Origin: Chiloscyllium plagiosum
Taxonomy: Eukaryota
Reading direction: 5' to 3'
Length of the DNA: 64,000 bases
Assembly: GCF_004010195.1 (NCBI RefSeq)
Contig: NC_057719.1
Coordinates: 66,113,049 to 66,177,048, forward strand
In this document: positions 42,501 through 54,500 of the stretch, piece after piece
Layout: every line of letters begins with the position of its first letter
How positions within the stretch are numbered: the stretch's first letter is position 1
Notes under the pieces: generated by a model
The model's input: the letters and a program-made list of their open reading frames with translations, nothing else
Told to the model about the DNA's origin: nothing
Database searches by the model: none
Program-made: the position numbers and the translations under genes

Positions 42501-45500
42501 AGAGTCCTGTGAGATGGAATACAACAGAAGTGCACAATACTACAACCTTTCCTTCTAAATGTTTAGCATCAGCTTCAATTTTGCACTGAGATACTATTTT
42601 TAACAAGGATTTCACTAAACTGACCGTTTGCTTCTCTGTCAACAAATCACAACGTTTTTACTAATGATAAGCTGCACTGCAGCAACAATAAGGCTTGTTT
42701 GACATCATCTTCTAATTTCTACTATCGAGAAAGACATGGGCAGCAGATGCATGGGAATACCTGCAAGATTCCCTCCAAGTTACAGATGTGTGTTGCCACA
42801 GTCTTACCAGACCATAAGGGCTACTCTCTCATCAGTGAGAAGCCACTAGTGGTGATTTAACCTATGGGCCACCAGACCTCAGGCAAGGGAAGAGGTTCAG
42901 AAGGAAAGTCTTTCATGGTAACCTCAAACCAGTGATGGGAACTGAAGCCACTCTGTTGGCATCACACTGCTCTGCAAACCAACAATCCAGCCAACTGAGC
43001 TAAACCGATTGCCTTTACACTATGCCAACCATATTGAAGTTTCCTCTACTTTGGGAGATCCAGCAAAGCAGTGAAACTGCACTGCAATACATTGGTTGCA
43101 TTGCTATCCTGGTAGAAAAGGAGATTAAGTTATCAACTTTTACAACATTCCACTACCTGATGGGTTAGTCTGTCTGTTGACAACAGATTATCTTTTTTCT
43201 GCCTCTGTTCTGGGGAATTCAGTGCAGGTGTCCATGCAATAGATGGACAGCTGTTCAAATGGCCCCTGTACCATCCTTTGAAGGATGTTGTTCGTGATCA
43301 TTACCAGAGAGGAGTTCCAGGACCTTCAGATAGCTTTAGTGGCGTAAATGACAGTCCAAGTTTTCTGCCAGCTGATCTCACTGCTAAGTTCTCTCTCATT
43401 CTGTCCTACTTCTTTTTCTATTAAGTGAAGCAATTAGGATGTTACAAAAGCTAGCTAATTATGACTTTTGCATTGATCCACCACTGCCTTCTGTAACTTG
43501 CAGATGGGCACACTTTAAGTGCCACTTTATTAAAACCCTATTCGTTAGACCCAACTCATTCTACTGCATTTCAAGAGTATGAAGCTCACAACCTATTTCT
43601 ATGTGACAGCAATAGACATGAAAACAAATACCTTTGATTTTCCAAGTTCAAACTGAAACATATTTGAACTTGTCGCCTGCATAAAAACAGCTGGGAATAA
43701 CTTCGTACTTGGTTCAATCTGAAAAATAATCACATGTTAAAAAAACACTTTATATATTATCTTTAAAGATTCTCATTTTATTAAAAAGAAGTTGAGAGAG
43801 AAGAGGACTGGGGTGGTGGCTCTGTCTAAACACAGTGGGTAAATGTTTCCCTTTTAATAGATGCAGAATATGATAAGTGGAATAATCTTTGACGATTACT
43901 ACTCTGTACTGAATGAAAACATTTTAAAATTCAATTCTACTTATAATTTAAGCCGCTTGGATCAGAACAAAAAGATTAAGAGCTTTAAGATCATGGATGT
44001 GGTTTAGCTAAGCTTCCCCTTCCAAAGTCGGGTCGTAAGTGTTCTTTTATGGCAGGTTAAGAGGAGCTAAAGCACATAGGTTACAACCAGTATTGAATGT
44101 GATGTACAACTGGAAAACCAGCCATTCACTTTTGAACTGATAAATAGGGGCAATTAATAGCCTTGCAGTAAATGAGCTTCTGGTGAACAGTGATCATAAT
44201 ATGATGGAATATTGAGCTGCAGATAGCAGAATGATATAGTTAGGTACTAAACCAGTGTCTAAAATTTATTAAACTGTAAAGTTAAGAATAGTGAATTAGC
44301 TACTTTAAATTTGGAAATGAGATTAAATAATATGACAATAATAAACAATGGCAAACATTTGAAGAAATAATCCAGAAAATTCACATTCTCTTAAGGAATG
44401 AAAAGTCATGCATAAATTGTTGTCCAACAAAAGCTAACAAGAGCATTTGGAGGTCGCATTGGATGAAAAGAAGAGGCTGATAGTGTTCCAAAATGTGTTC
44501 CTGATGAAGGGCTTTTGCCCGAAACGTCGATTTTGCCTGTCCTCGGATGCTGCCTGAATTGCTGTGCTCTTCCAGCACCACTGATCCAGTGTTCCAAAAT
44601 GTGCAACCTCCTTGTCATATTAGAAATCCAAATCTGCTTCCTGGGAACAGATTTATCCACTAACCATCTTCTAGCCTTACTTAAAGGTGAGAAGTGAGCA
44701 TGGAGAATGAAGATTTGTGAGAATCTTTTGTATCTGGCTTTACACTAAAATAAATTCCAGAACTAGGTGAGAAACTAAAGATGTGAGCATGAGGAACTTA
44801 AACATTTAATTTTAGACATGTTAAGACAAATTCCTGAGACTAAAAACCAACAAATTCCGATGGCCTGCACTCTAAGGTCTTAACAAAGGTGATACTTAAT
44901 TGGACATAATGTTTACATTGGCTGGACTGCTATCAAGAATCCCATGCCATATTACACTTCATCCCGGAACAACAATGGCAGGTGTTTCTGGATGTAATGC
45001 AGAGGTTCATACAAGATTGGTTCATTCCAAAGATGAAGGAAGATCCTCAGGGGAGGCAGGGGCGGCCGTGGCTGATGAGGGAAGTTAAGGACTGTATAAA
45101 GATAAAAGAGAAGTATAATATAGCAAAGATGAGCGGGAAGCCGGAGGACTGGGAAACTTTTAAAGAGCAACAGAGGATAACTAAAAGGCAATACGTGGAG
45201 AAAAAATGAGGTACAAAGGCAAACTGGCCAAAAATACAAAGGAGGATAATAAAAGCTTTTTTAGGTATGTGAAAAGAAAAAAAAATGGTTAAGATCAAAA
45301 TTGGGCCCTTGAAGACGGAAATGGGTGAATTTATTATGGGGAGCAAGGAAATGGCAGAAGAGTTGAATAGGTACTTTGGATCTGCCTTCACTGGGGAAGA
45401 CACAAGCAATCTCCCAGATGTAATAGTGGCTGAAGGACCTAGGGTAATGGATGAACTGAAGGGAATTTATATTAGGCAAGAAATGGTATTACATAGACTG

Positions 45501-48500
45501 CTAGGTCTGAAGGCTGATATGTCCCGAGACCTGATGGTCTGCATCCCAGGATACTTAAGGAGGTGGCTCTAGAAATCGTGGACGCATTGGTGATCATTTT
45601 CCAATGTTCTATCGATTCAGGATCAGTTCGTGCGGATTGGATGTTCTATCGATTCAGGATCAGTTCCTGCGGATTGGAGGATAGCTAATGGTGTCCCATT
45701 TTTCAAGAAGGGAGGGAGCGAGAAAACAGGGAATTATAGACCGGTTAGCTTGACATCAGTGGTGGGAAAGATGTTGGAGTCAATTATAAAAGATGAAATT
45801 ACGACTCATTTGGATAGCAGTAACAGGATTGGTCAGAGTCAGCGTGGTTTTATGAAGGGGAAATCGTGCTTGACTAATCTTCTGGAATTGTTTGAGGATG
45901 TAACTATGAAGATGGACAAGGGAGAGTCAGTGGATGTAGTGTATCTGGACTTTCAGAAAGCCTTTGATAAGGTCCCACATAGGAGATTAGTGAGCAAAAT
46001 TAGGGCACATGGTATTAGGGAAAAGGTACTGACTTGGATTGAAAATTGGCTGGCTGACAGGAAGCAAACGGGTCCCTTTCGGAATGGTAGGCGGTGACCA
46101 GTGGGGTACCACAAGGTTCGGTGCTGGGACTGCAGCTGCTTACAATGGGACTGCAGCTGCTTACAATGATATAGTTGAAGATATTAAAAGTAATATTAGC
46201 AAATGTGCTGATGACACAAAGCTGGGTGGCAGGGTGAAATGTGAGGAGGATGTAATGAGAATACAGGGTGACTTGGACAGGCTAGGTGAGTGGACAGATG
46301 CATGGTAAATGCAGTTTAGTGTGGATAAATGTGTGGTTACCCACTTTGGTGGCAAGAACAGGAAGGCAGATTACTATCTAACCCCTAGCTTATCTCTCCA
46401 ACCTTCAAGCTCTCTGCCTTTATTCCTGATGAAGGGCTTTTGCCCGAAACGTCGATTTTGCTGAAGCTCCACGATGCTGCCTAAACTTCTGTGCTCTTCC
46501 ATTGATCCAGATACTATCTAAATGGAGTCAAGTTAGGTAAAGGGGATGTACAATGAAATCTAGGTGTTCTTATACATCAGTCAATGAAAGCAAGCATGCA
46601 GGTACAGCAGGCAGTGAAGAAAGCTAATGGCATGCTGGCCTTCATAACAAGAGGAATTAAGTATAGGAGCAAAGAGGTCCTTCTGCAGCTTTACAGGGCC
46701 CTGATGAGACCTCATCTGGAGTATTATGTGCAGTTTTGGTCTCCAAATTTGAGGAAGGGCATTCTGGCTATTGAGGGAGTACATCGTAGGTTCACAAGGT
46801 CAATTCCCGGAATGGCAGGACTATCATATGTTGAAAGATTGGAGCGACTGGGCTTGTATACACTTGAGTTTAGAAGGCTGAGAGGGGATCTGATTGAGAC
46901 GTGTAAGATTATTAAAGGATTGGACACTCTGGAGGCAGGAAGCATGTTTCCACTGATGGGTGAACCAGAGGACACAGTTTAAAAATAAGGGGTAGGCCAT
47001 TTAGAACAGAGTTGAGGAGAAACTTCTTCATCCAGAGAGTGGTGGCTATGTGGAATGCTCTTTCCCAGAAGGCAGTGGAGGCCAAGTCTCTGGATACTCT
47101 CAAGAAAAAGATGGAAAGAGCTCTTAAAGACAGTGGAATCAAGGGTTATGGGGATAAGACAGGAACAGGATACTGATTGTGGATGATCAGCCATGATCAT
47201 AATGAATAGTGGTGTTGGCTGGAAGGACCAAATGGCCTACTCCTGCACCTATTGACTATTGTCTAAAAAGAAGAATTCTCACGGTAATTACATAGGGCCT
47301 AGGTGAGACCATACCTGGAGCACTGCACGTCATTTTGGTCTCCTAACCACCTGGAGGATATCCTGATATTAGAGAGACTGCAAAAACGTTTTACTGGACT
47401 GATTTCTAGGGTGAAGGGACTGTCATAGAAGAGATTGAGCAGTTCCCTTGAGTTAAGAAGAATTAGAACTAATCCCAAAAAGTAAAATTCTTATCGGAAT
47501 TTTCCAGGATGGGTACTGAAAATCTGATGAGTCTATAATAGATGGCTATGGTCTCAGAATAAGTGATTGAACATTAAAATGGAGATGCAGTGATATGTCT
47601 TCACTCAGAGGGTCTTGAAATCTTGGAAAAAGGACTATGGATGCTCAATTGTTATGTATGTTCAAGATAGAGATTGACAGAGTTCTGGGTACTGAAGCAA
47701 TCATGGGATATGGGAATACTGCAAAAAGGCAGAGTTGAGGTCAAAGATCAGCCAATACCTTAGTGAACAGCAGACCAGGTCAAAGGGCCAAATGTCCCAC
47801 TCCTGCTTCAACTTATGAATTTCTAAATATGAGCTTTTATACTCTCACCCTTTTTATTAAATAACTTTAGAGATCCTACAGCCAGTTCTGAGTTTTGTAA
47901 AGCAGACAAACAATCTGAAAGTTAATGTTAAACCATACATCCATTTTACCTGGTAGTGAGTACTGAGGTCCTTTCCATTTGCTGTGAATGTTAACTGGCC
48001 TGTTGCTAGATCAATGAAGCATCCAATTTCAAGGTCAGTCCCACTGCTGTTTGATCCCTTTGAGCTGCCAACAATATCTCCTCCCCAAATCATGAAACAA
48101 TTACTTCGCTTGACACTACAAACGACAATTTTTTTTATCAATTAATGCAATTTCATTGAAAGATATCTTAGAAGACAGAGATTAAGAATAACTTTTTGCT
48201 GAGTCATCACACCTCTTCATGTAAATATTTCACTATCAAAATTAGGATATAATAATGGGGCTCAAACCAATTCTAAAGAAAAAGGAGTGAGGGGCGTGAG
48301 GGGTGATTTGAATCAAGTGCACAGGGGTAGTGGTGTAGTGATTTTATCTACACTGTTAATTCAGACACCAGGTAATGTTTGAGAAACTGGGTTCAGATCC
48401 CACCGTGGCATATGGTTTTTGAATTCAAGAAAAATCTGGAATTAAGAGTCCAACAATGGTCAATGAAGCCACTGGCGCTTGTCAGAAAATGAGCGATCTG

Positions 48501-51500
48501 GCTCACTGATATCCTTCAGCTAATGGAACTTCCATCCTTACCTGATCTGGCCTACATGTGAGTTCTGACCCACAGTAATGTGGTTGACTCTTAAATGTCC
48601 TCTGGGCTATGAGGGATAGGCCACATCTCAGCAATAAATATATAAATAAATACATACAATTCTGAATAATCTTGACAAGCTGGACAAGGATGTTTCTTCT
48701 CCTTGACCAGTCCAGAATTAGGAGAAACTATTTTAAAATTAGGGATCACCTTCCCGGGATTGAGATGAGTATATTTTGTTTTCTCTCAGAGGATTGTGCA
48801 ACTTTGGAAAGCTCTGCCTCCAAAGTGGTGGAAGTGGTATCCCGAATATTTTTAAGACAAAGGTGGATATATTTCTATTGAGCAGGGGAATCATGGATTG
48901 TTGGGATAGACGAGAATGTCAAATTCAATGCACAAACAAATCAGCCATGATCTTGCTGAATGTCAGAGCAATTTAGAGTCATAGAGATGAATACCGAAAC
49001 AGACCCTTAGGTCCAACTCGTCCATCCCAATCAGATATCCTAAATTACTCTCGTCCCATTTGCCAGCACTTGGCTCATATCCCTCTAAACACTTCCTATT
49101 GAGAGGCTGAATGGTCTATTTCCATTCCTATTTCACATATTCGTTTGTTGGCTAGATGTGGTCCATATTTGTGTTCATCAAATACTAGTTGATAACTCAA
49201 CAGTCAATGCAATGTAACTTTTGGAGAACATGTCAGATTAGTGATCACATTAGTTGGATTGCATTTGTTATCACAACATTATTATTGTACTCTAATAGCA
49301 TTATGATGAAAGCATTTTTCTGTTTAAGTGTTAAACAATTGCTTTGTTTGGAAATAGTGGAAATACAGAAACAAATGGTCAAATAGCATGGAATTGTGAG
49401 GGGAGCAGCGATTCCTGAATGACAATTTAGATGGTGAAGTCCAGCTCAGGAGTAATTGTACCTGACATTCCACAAGGAAGATAGTCTTTCAATCACTACA
49501 CTTTAATATAGAAAGACAAATCAGATATTTCTGAATTTATAAGATTGATGTTTTCTACAAAGTAGGTTCTGCCATTCAGCACACAGCACAATTAAACCAA
49601 TAACTCACTTTGGATTTATTAGAATGTTTGCATTGGCAACATATTTGACACTAATGGTAATTCATGGTCACTTACTACTGAAAGGTCTCAAATAGTAGAG
49701 CCTACCTTTCATGAACTCTGCCTTTTTCATCACCCAGGGTAACAGTGACTGTCCGATTTTTATTCATATCAAATGATTTGCCGTAGTAATGGTAATCAGG
49801 AGTTACCCAACCAATCCACACAAGAGATGGATCTTGTCCTGCAAATATTCTCACAGCATAACAGTACTGCATGACAAAGAGAGAGTAGGAGCACTTTATA
49901 TCAAATACAATGAATGGCCATTGTCAGAATTACTTACTATGTAGATCAATATATGAGCAGTATTTCAGAGATGGTTCACAAAACTTACAATCTACCAGTA
50001 TAATGTATGTGACAGAGAACACACACCATTTTAGCTTTATCCTTAAGAGTTGTATATTCCATAACATTCTACAGATTGTGCAATTAGTTTAAAAATATAT
50101 TTTTAATGATATAAAACACAACTCTATTTGCTACTCATACATGTGAACATTTCCCTGCACACTTTTGGATCACCACTTGCTGGCATTCATCATCACGTCT
50201 GAACACAGCCAAGTCTGAATACTGGTGGAGATGGGACTTGGAAAAAAGAACAGAGTGTTGAATATCTAAGTTTGCAAAATGTACTAAGTAAGGCTGCTCA
50301 ATAAATTGCATAAAAGCAGAGAGTTTAAAAAAAGGGCATCAATGAATACAACCATGGCAACAGAGTTCAATGTGGCCAAGTGTGGAGTTGCAGAGGTAGA
50401 AGCTGGATGGTTATTTCACACCAACACATTAGGTTCAAAGTAGACGATTTGGGTGACCAGATACATAAATTATTAAAAGGTTGTGGTGCATAGGTACAAA
50501 ATAGAACATAGAACATAGAACAGTACAGCACAGTACAGGCCCTTCGGCCCTTGATGTTGTGCCATCCTTTTCTTCTTTTACTTCAACATGACTTATACTT
50601 CCTGGAGTATAGAAGATTGCATAGGTATACAGTTTCAAAGGACAAAATAATTCAACACAGTGGAAGAGAATATACCATTTTTTTCTGGCAGATAAATCCT
50701 GGACAAGGCAGGGTAATTTTAACATCAGAGCAGGTCAGGCAGCATCCAAGGAGCAGGAGAATTGAGCTTATGCCCGCAACATCGATTCTCCTGCTCCTCA
50801 GATGCTGCCTGACCTGCTGTGCTTTTCCAGAGCCACACTTTTAGACTCTGATCTCCAGCATCTGCAGTCCTCACTTTCTCCCACGTAAGCATTCAGGTCA
50901 AGCAAATGGAGTTAATGATCAGTTTTGAATGTTGGAATGGACTCAAGAAGATTAATGAGGAGAGGTGAGGACTGCAAATGCTGGAGACCAGAGTTGAAAA
51001 GTGTGGTGCTGGAAAAACACAGCAGGCCAGGCAGCATGCAAGGAGCAGGAGAATCGACGTTTCGGGCATAACCCCTTCTTCAGGAATGAGGCTGGTGTGC
51101 CAAGCGGGCTGAGATAAAAGGTAGGGGGGAAGGAATTTGGGGGAGGGGCGCTGGGAATACGAAAGGTAGAAGCGCTCACCCTCACATCCTTCCACCTATT
51201 GTATCCCCAGCGCCCCTCCCCCAAATTCCCTCCCCCCTACCTTTTATCTCAGCCCGCTTGGCACACCAGCCTCATTCCTGAAGAAGGGCGTATGCCCAAA
51301 ACGTCGATTCTCCTGCTCCTTGGATGCTGCCTGGCCTGCTGTGTTTTTCCAGCACTACACTTTTCAACTCAAGATAATTAATGGCCTACTACATTCCTAT
51401 GCTACTTGTGCCTGCTATTCTGTACTCAAAGACCTAGCAAATGAATTATACCCTAATCCTATTAGTCCACTGAATGTATTTAATTAGGCAATTAGCAGGA

Positions 51501-54500
51501 TTATGGGAATAGGTTAGTCAGTTCCCATTTATTTATCACAAGTAAACCTCAGGCGCCGATCATGACCTAGAAACAGCTTGCCAAGAGGTGTTACCCTTAT
51601 CAACCTGTTTGGATGCTGTTTGAGGGGAATCAGTACTGGAGGATTGGCGAGGCAAGCAATACTGGCAGTGAGTTGCAAACTGAAAATTAAACCGCAAGGA
51701 GAACACTTCCATCAGCTCCACAAATCAAACAAAGCAAAAAGATAAAACGCAGCTTTCCAGAGGTAGCCTCCAATAACAATTTTGTAAAGGTGAACTTAAT
51801 CAGATACAGTTTGATTTGCAAATATGATTTTCCTTTACAAAGACTAACATTTATTTCAGACATAAGCACCGGATAGTTACACATGAGTTTTTACGTATAT
51901 GACGGCCAGCATATTGACAGACAGCGGCATGAGCACTTCAGCTACCATATTGGACACAACATTCACAGTTCTTTGGTTTATTATTATATTGGACACTTCA
52001 GTGTCCATTTTACACCTGTAAGACAGGGTTGGTGTCATGGAATCTCTAGGCTCAAGTTTAGACTAAAGATCAATAGAAACCTTCAGGGAAACACTGGCAG
52101 GTCAACACATTGACATCTGAAGATAAACTGAGGTTGTAACTCAAATGCATTCTATGAACTCGGGATCCAAGTCTCTATATTGAGAAAAAAAACTGTACAA
52201 GTAAACTTTCTGGGAATGAAGGGGTGGGCTTTCTGAATATTTCTATGTATATATGTTATATGCAATACTCAAGTATTCAATGGGTATTAAGTTCCTATTC
52301 TCATGCAAAATGTTAAACAGAAAATACTGATCTTTAATGATTTGCACATTACCATTGTTGATTTTCTAACAGCCTCTTGACTATCTCTACCTCCAGGAAT
52401 ATCACGACTCAGCTTTGCACCCCTACAAGCAAAGCAACAAACGTCATCAATAACCTTCAAGAGTTTATTGGAAACCAGAGTGTGTTAAAAAAGAATTGCA
52501 GTCCAAAAATGTACTAATTGCTTAAGAAGTGGAAGTACACAGATCATATTGTATTCAAATTATTAACGAAACATTAAATAAATTACAGAACTTGGGACTG
52601 AAAATATGAATTTTCAATAGAAAAGGTTATAGTTTATTTGAAAGTGCAGAACAACGTGACTGTTAGCTTTGTTCACAGAAAATCTACTTTGAATTCACTT
52701 CCCCATGCACTTGATTTTTAAATTATAAAGCACACAGGGCTTGGGAGACAACCATCATTTATTTCTACAAAATGTTTTTTTTTTTGCCACTTTAATGAGC
52801 CCCAGTAACTCAATTCAAATAATTTATTAGATTATCATTATCATCTTTTAGTAGATTATCAACAGATCATTTGGTGAAATTGATTCTGGGTTTGACAACT
52901 GTTATGACTATAGATGGCAGCCCTGAATTATAAACAGGTATATTGAACTTTTCAGTAACACGTGTTTGGTTTTCAAAGAAACAATATGCACACCAGAGAT
53001 GGCTAAAAATGCAAATCAGCAACTGCAGAAAAACTCCGGCATTAATTACAACCAGCCTCAGGACGGGTGATGGAATGTTGCCCCTGGAAAGTTACCAACG
53101 AGTCTTAGAGAAATGGCTCAAATAAAGACATAGAATGGAAAATCCTAAACCACCACCACAGACCCAGAGTGTGGGCAAAATCTGAAGTAAAGGAAAAGCA
53201 GTCTGAGTGAAAGACATGTCTGTGTTTGCCCCTGCTTGCAATAGCAAAGAGTAGTTAAAAACCAACTTAACCTCTGGTATATGCCCTAATCTGGTTTTCT
53301 AGTGCTGTAAAGGTTAATGTTGAAGAACATCTATTAGATACCTCTCTGCTTTCAGGTAAAGAGAAAAAGAACTGAATGTCCCTCACTCACTCTCTCTCTC
53401 AAGTTGCCAGTCAATACCCACTGTTGACCATGAAAATAGACAACACTTCCCAGTGATTTTGCAGAACCCAGAATTTCTAAAACAACTACTCAACATCTCT
53501 CAAATGCCACTGAAATCACATAATTTAACAATTACGTTTCCCCATCCACTCCCCATAAACAAAAGACTGAATTGGAAATCTTTTTTGTTCCTTTTTAATT
53601 CACTTCTCATCTTTAATCTGTGTGTACATGTGCTTCATTTCTTTAAGTCAGGAAAGCCTGGTTAAATTGGCTTCTTTCAAAATATATGCACATTGGAATT
53701 GGGAAAGGTATCCATGAGGAAAAGGACTTTTTGTAATAATTTGACCTTGTTGTGACAAATAAAGGACGGTATTTGAATTAGTTTAGATTCCCTACAGCGT
53801 GGAAACAGGCCCTTTGGCCCAACAAGTCCACACCAACCCTCTGAAGAGTAACCCACCCAGAACCATTTCCCCCTGACTAATGCACCTAACGCAATGGGCA
53901 ATTTAGCATGGCCAATTCACCTGATCTGCACATCTTTGGATTGTGGGAGAAACCGGAGCACCCAGAGCAAACCCACGCAGACACGGGGAGAATGTTGCAA
54001 ACTCCACACAGACAGTTGCCAGAGGCTGGAATCAAACCTGGGACCCTGGTGCTGTGAAGGGAATAAAGAAAGGGTCCCAGTATTTCTCTCCTCAGCTGGG
54101 AATCAGGGAGTCTTGTATGGGGTCCAGCCATAGCATTACTAGCTTGACTTGTTTAGTCACATCAAATAAATTTATCACACACAATAGTAAATATCTACGG
54201 TTGTCAGGTCCATCGATAATATTTTGCTTCCAGATCAGAAAGGTGTGGGCTTAATTCTCAGTGTTGACTTGGGGCTGAATTTTTGCACCTTGCTAAAGGA
54301 CAAACATGAAAGTTGACAGACATGGAATTTCACACCCTGACTGAAATGATTTCTTACAACAATCCGAGGTGCAACAAGGCCACCTGCCTGTATGTGGCAG
54401 GTAACTAATTAAGGCTATGTAAAGACCTATTAAAACCTAATGTCCGAGTTTGATTGAGAATTCCAAGTTTGCATCTGGGTAACTGGTGCTGTGTTGGTGT

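Noticed and set aside
35458..47265. RT-like ORFs (36394-37011, 45630-46097, 46584-46982) as active genes
   Set aside because: Fragments of CR1 ORF2 broken by stops, frameshifts and insertions; not autonomous.
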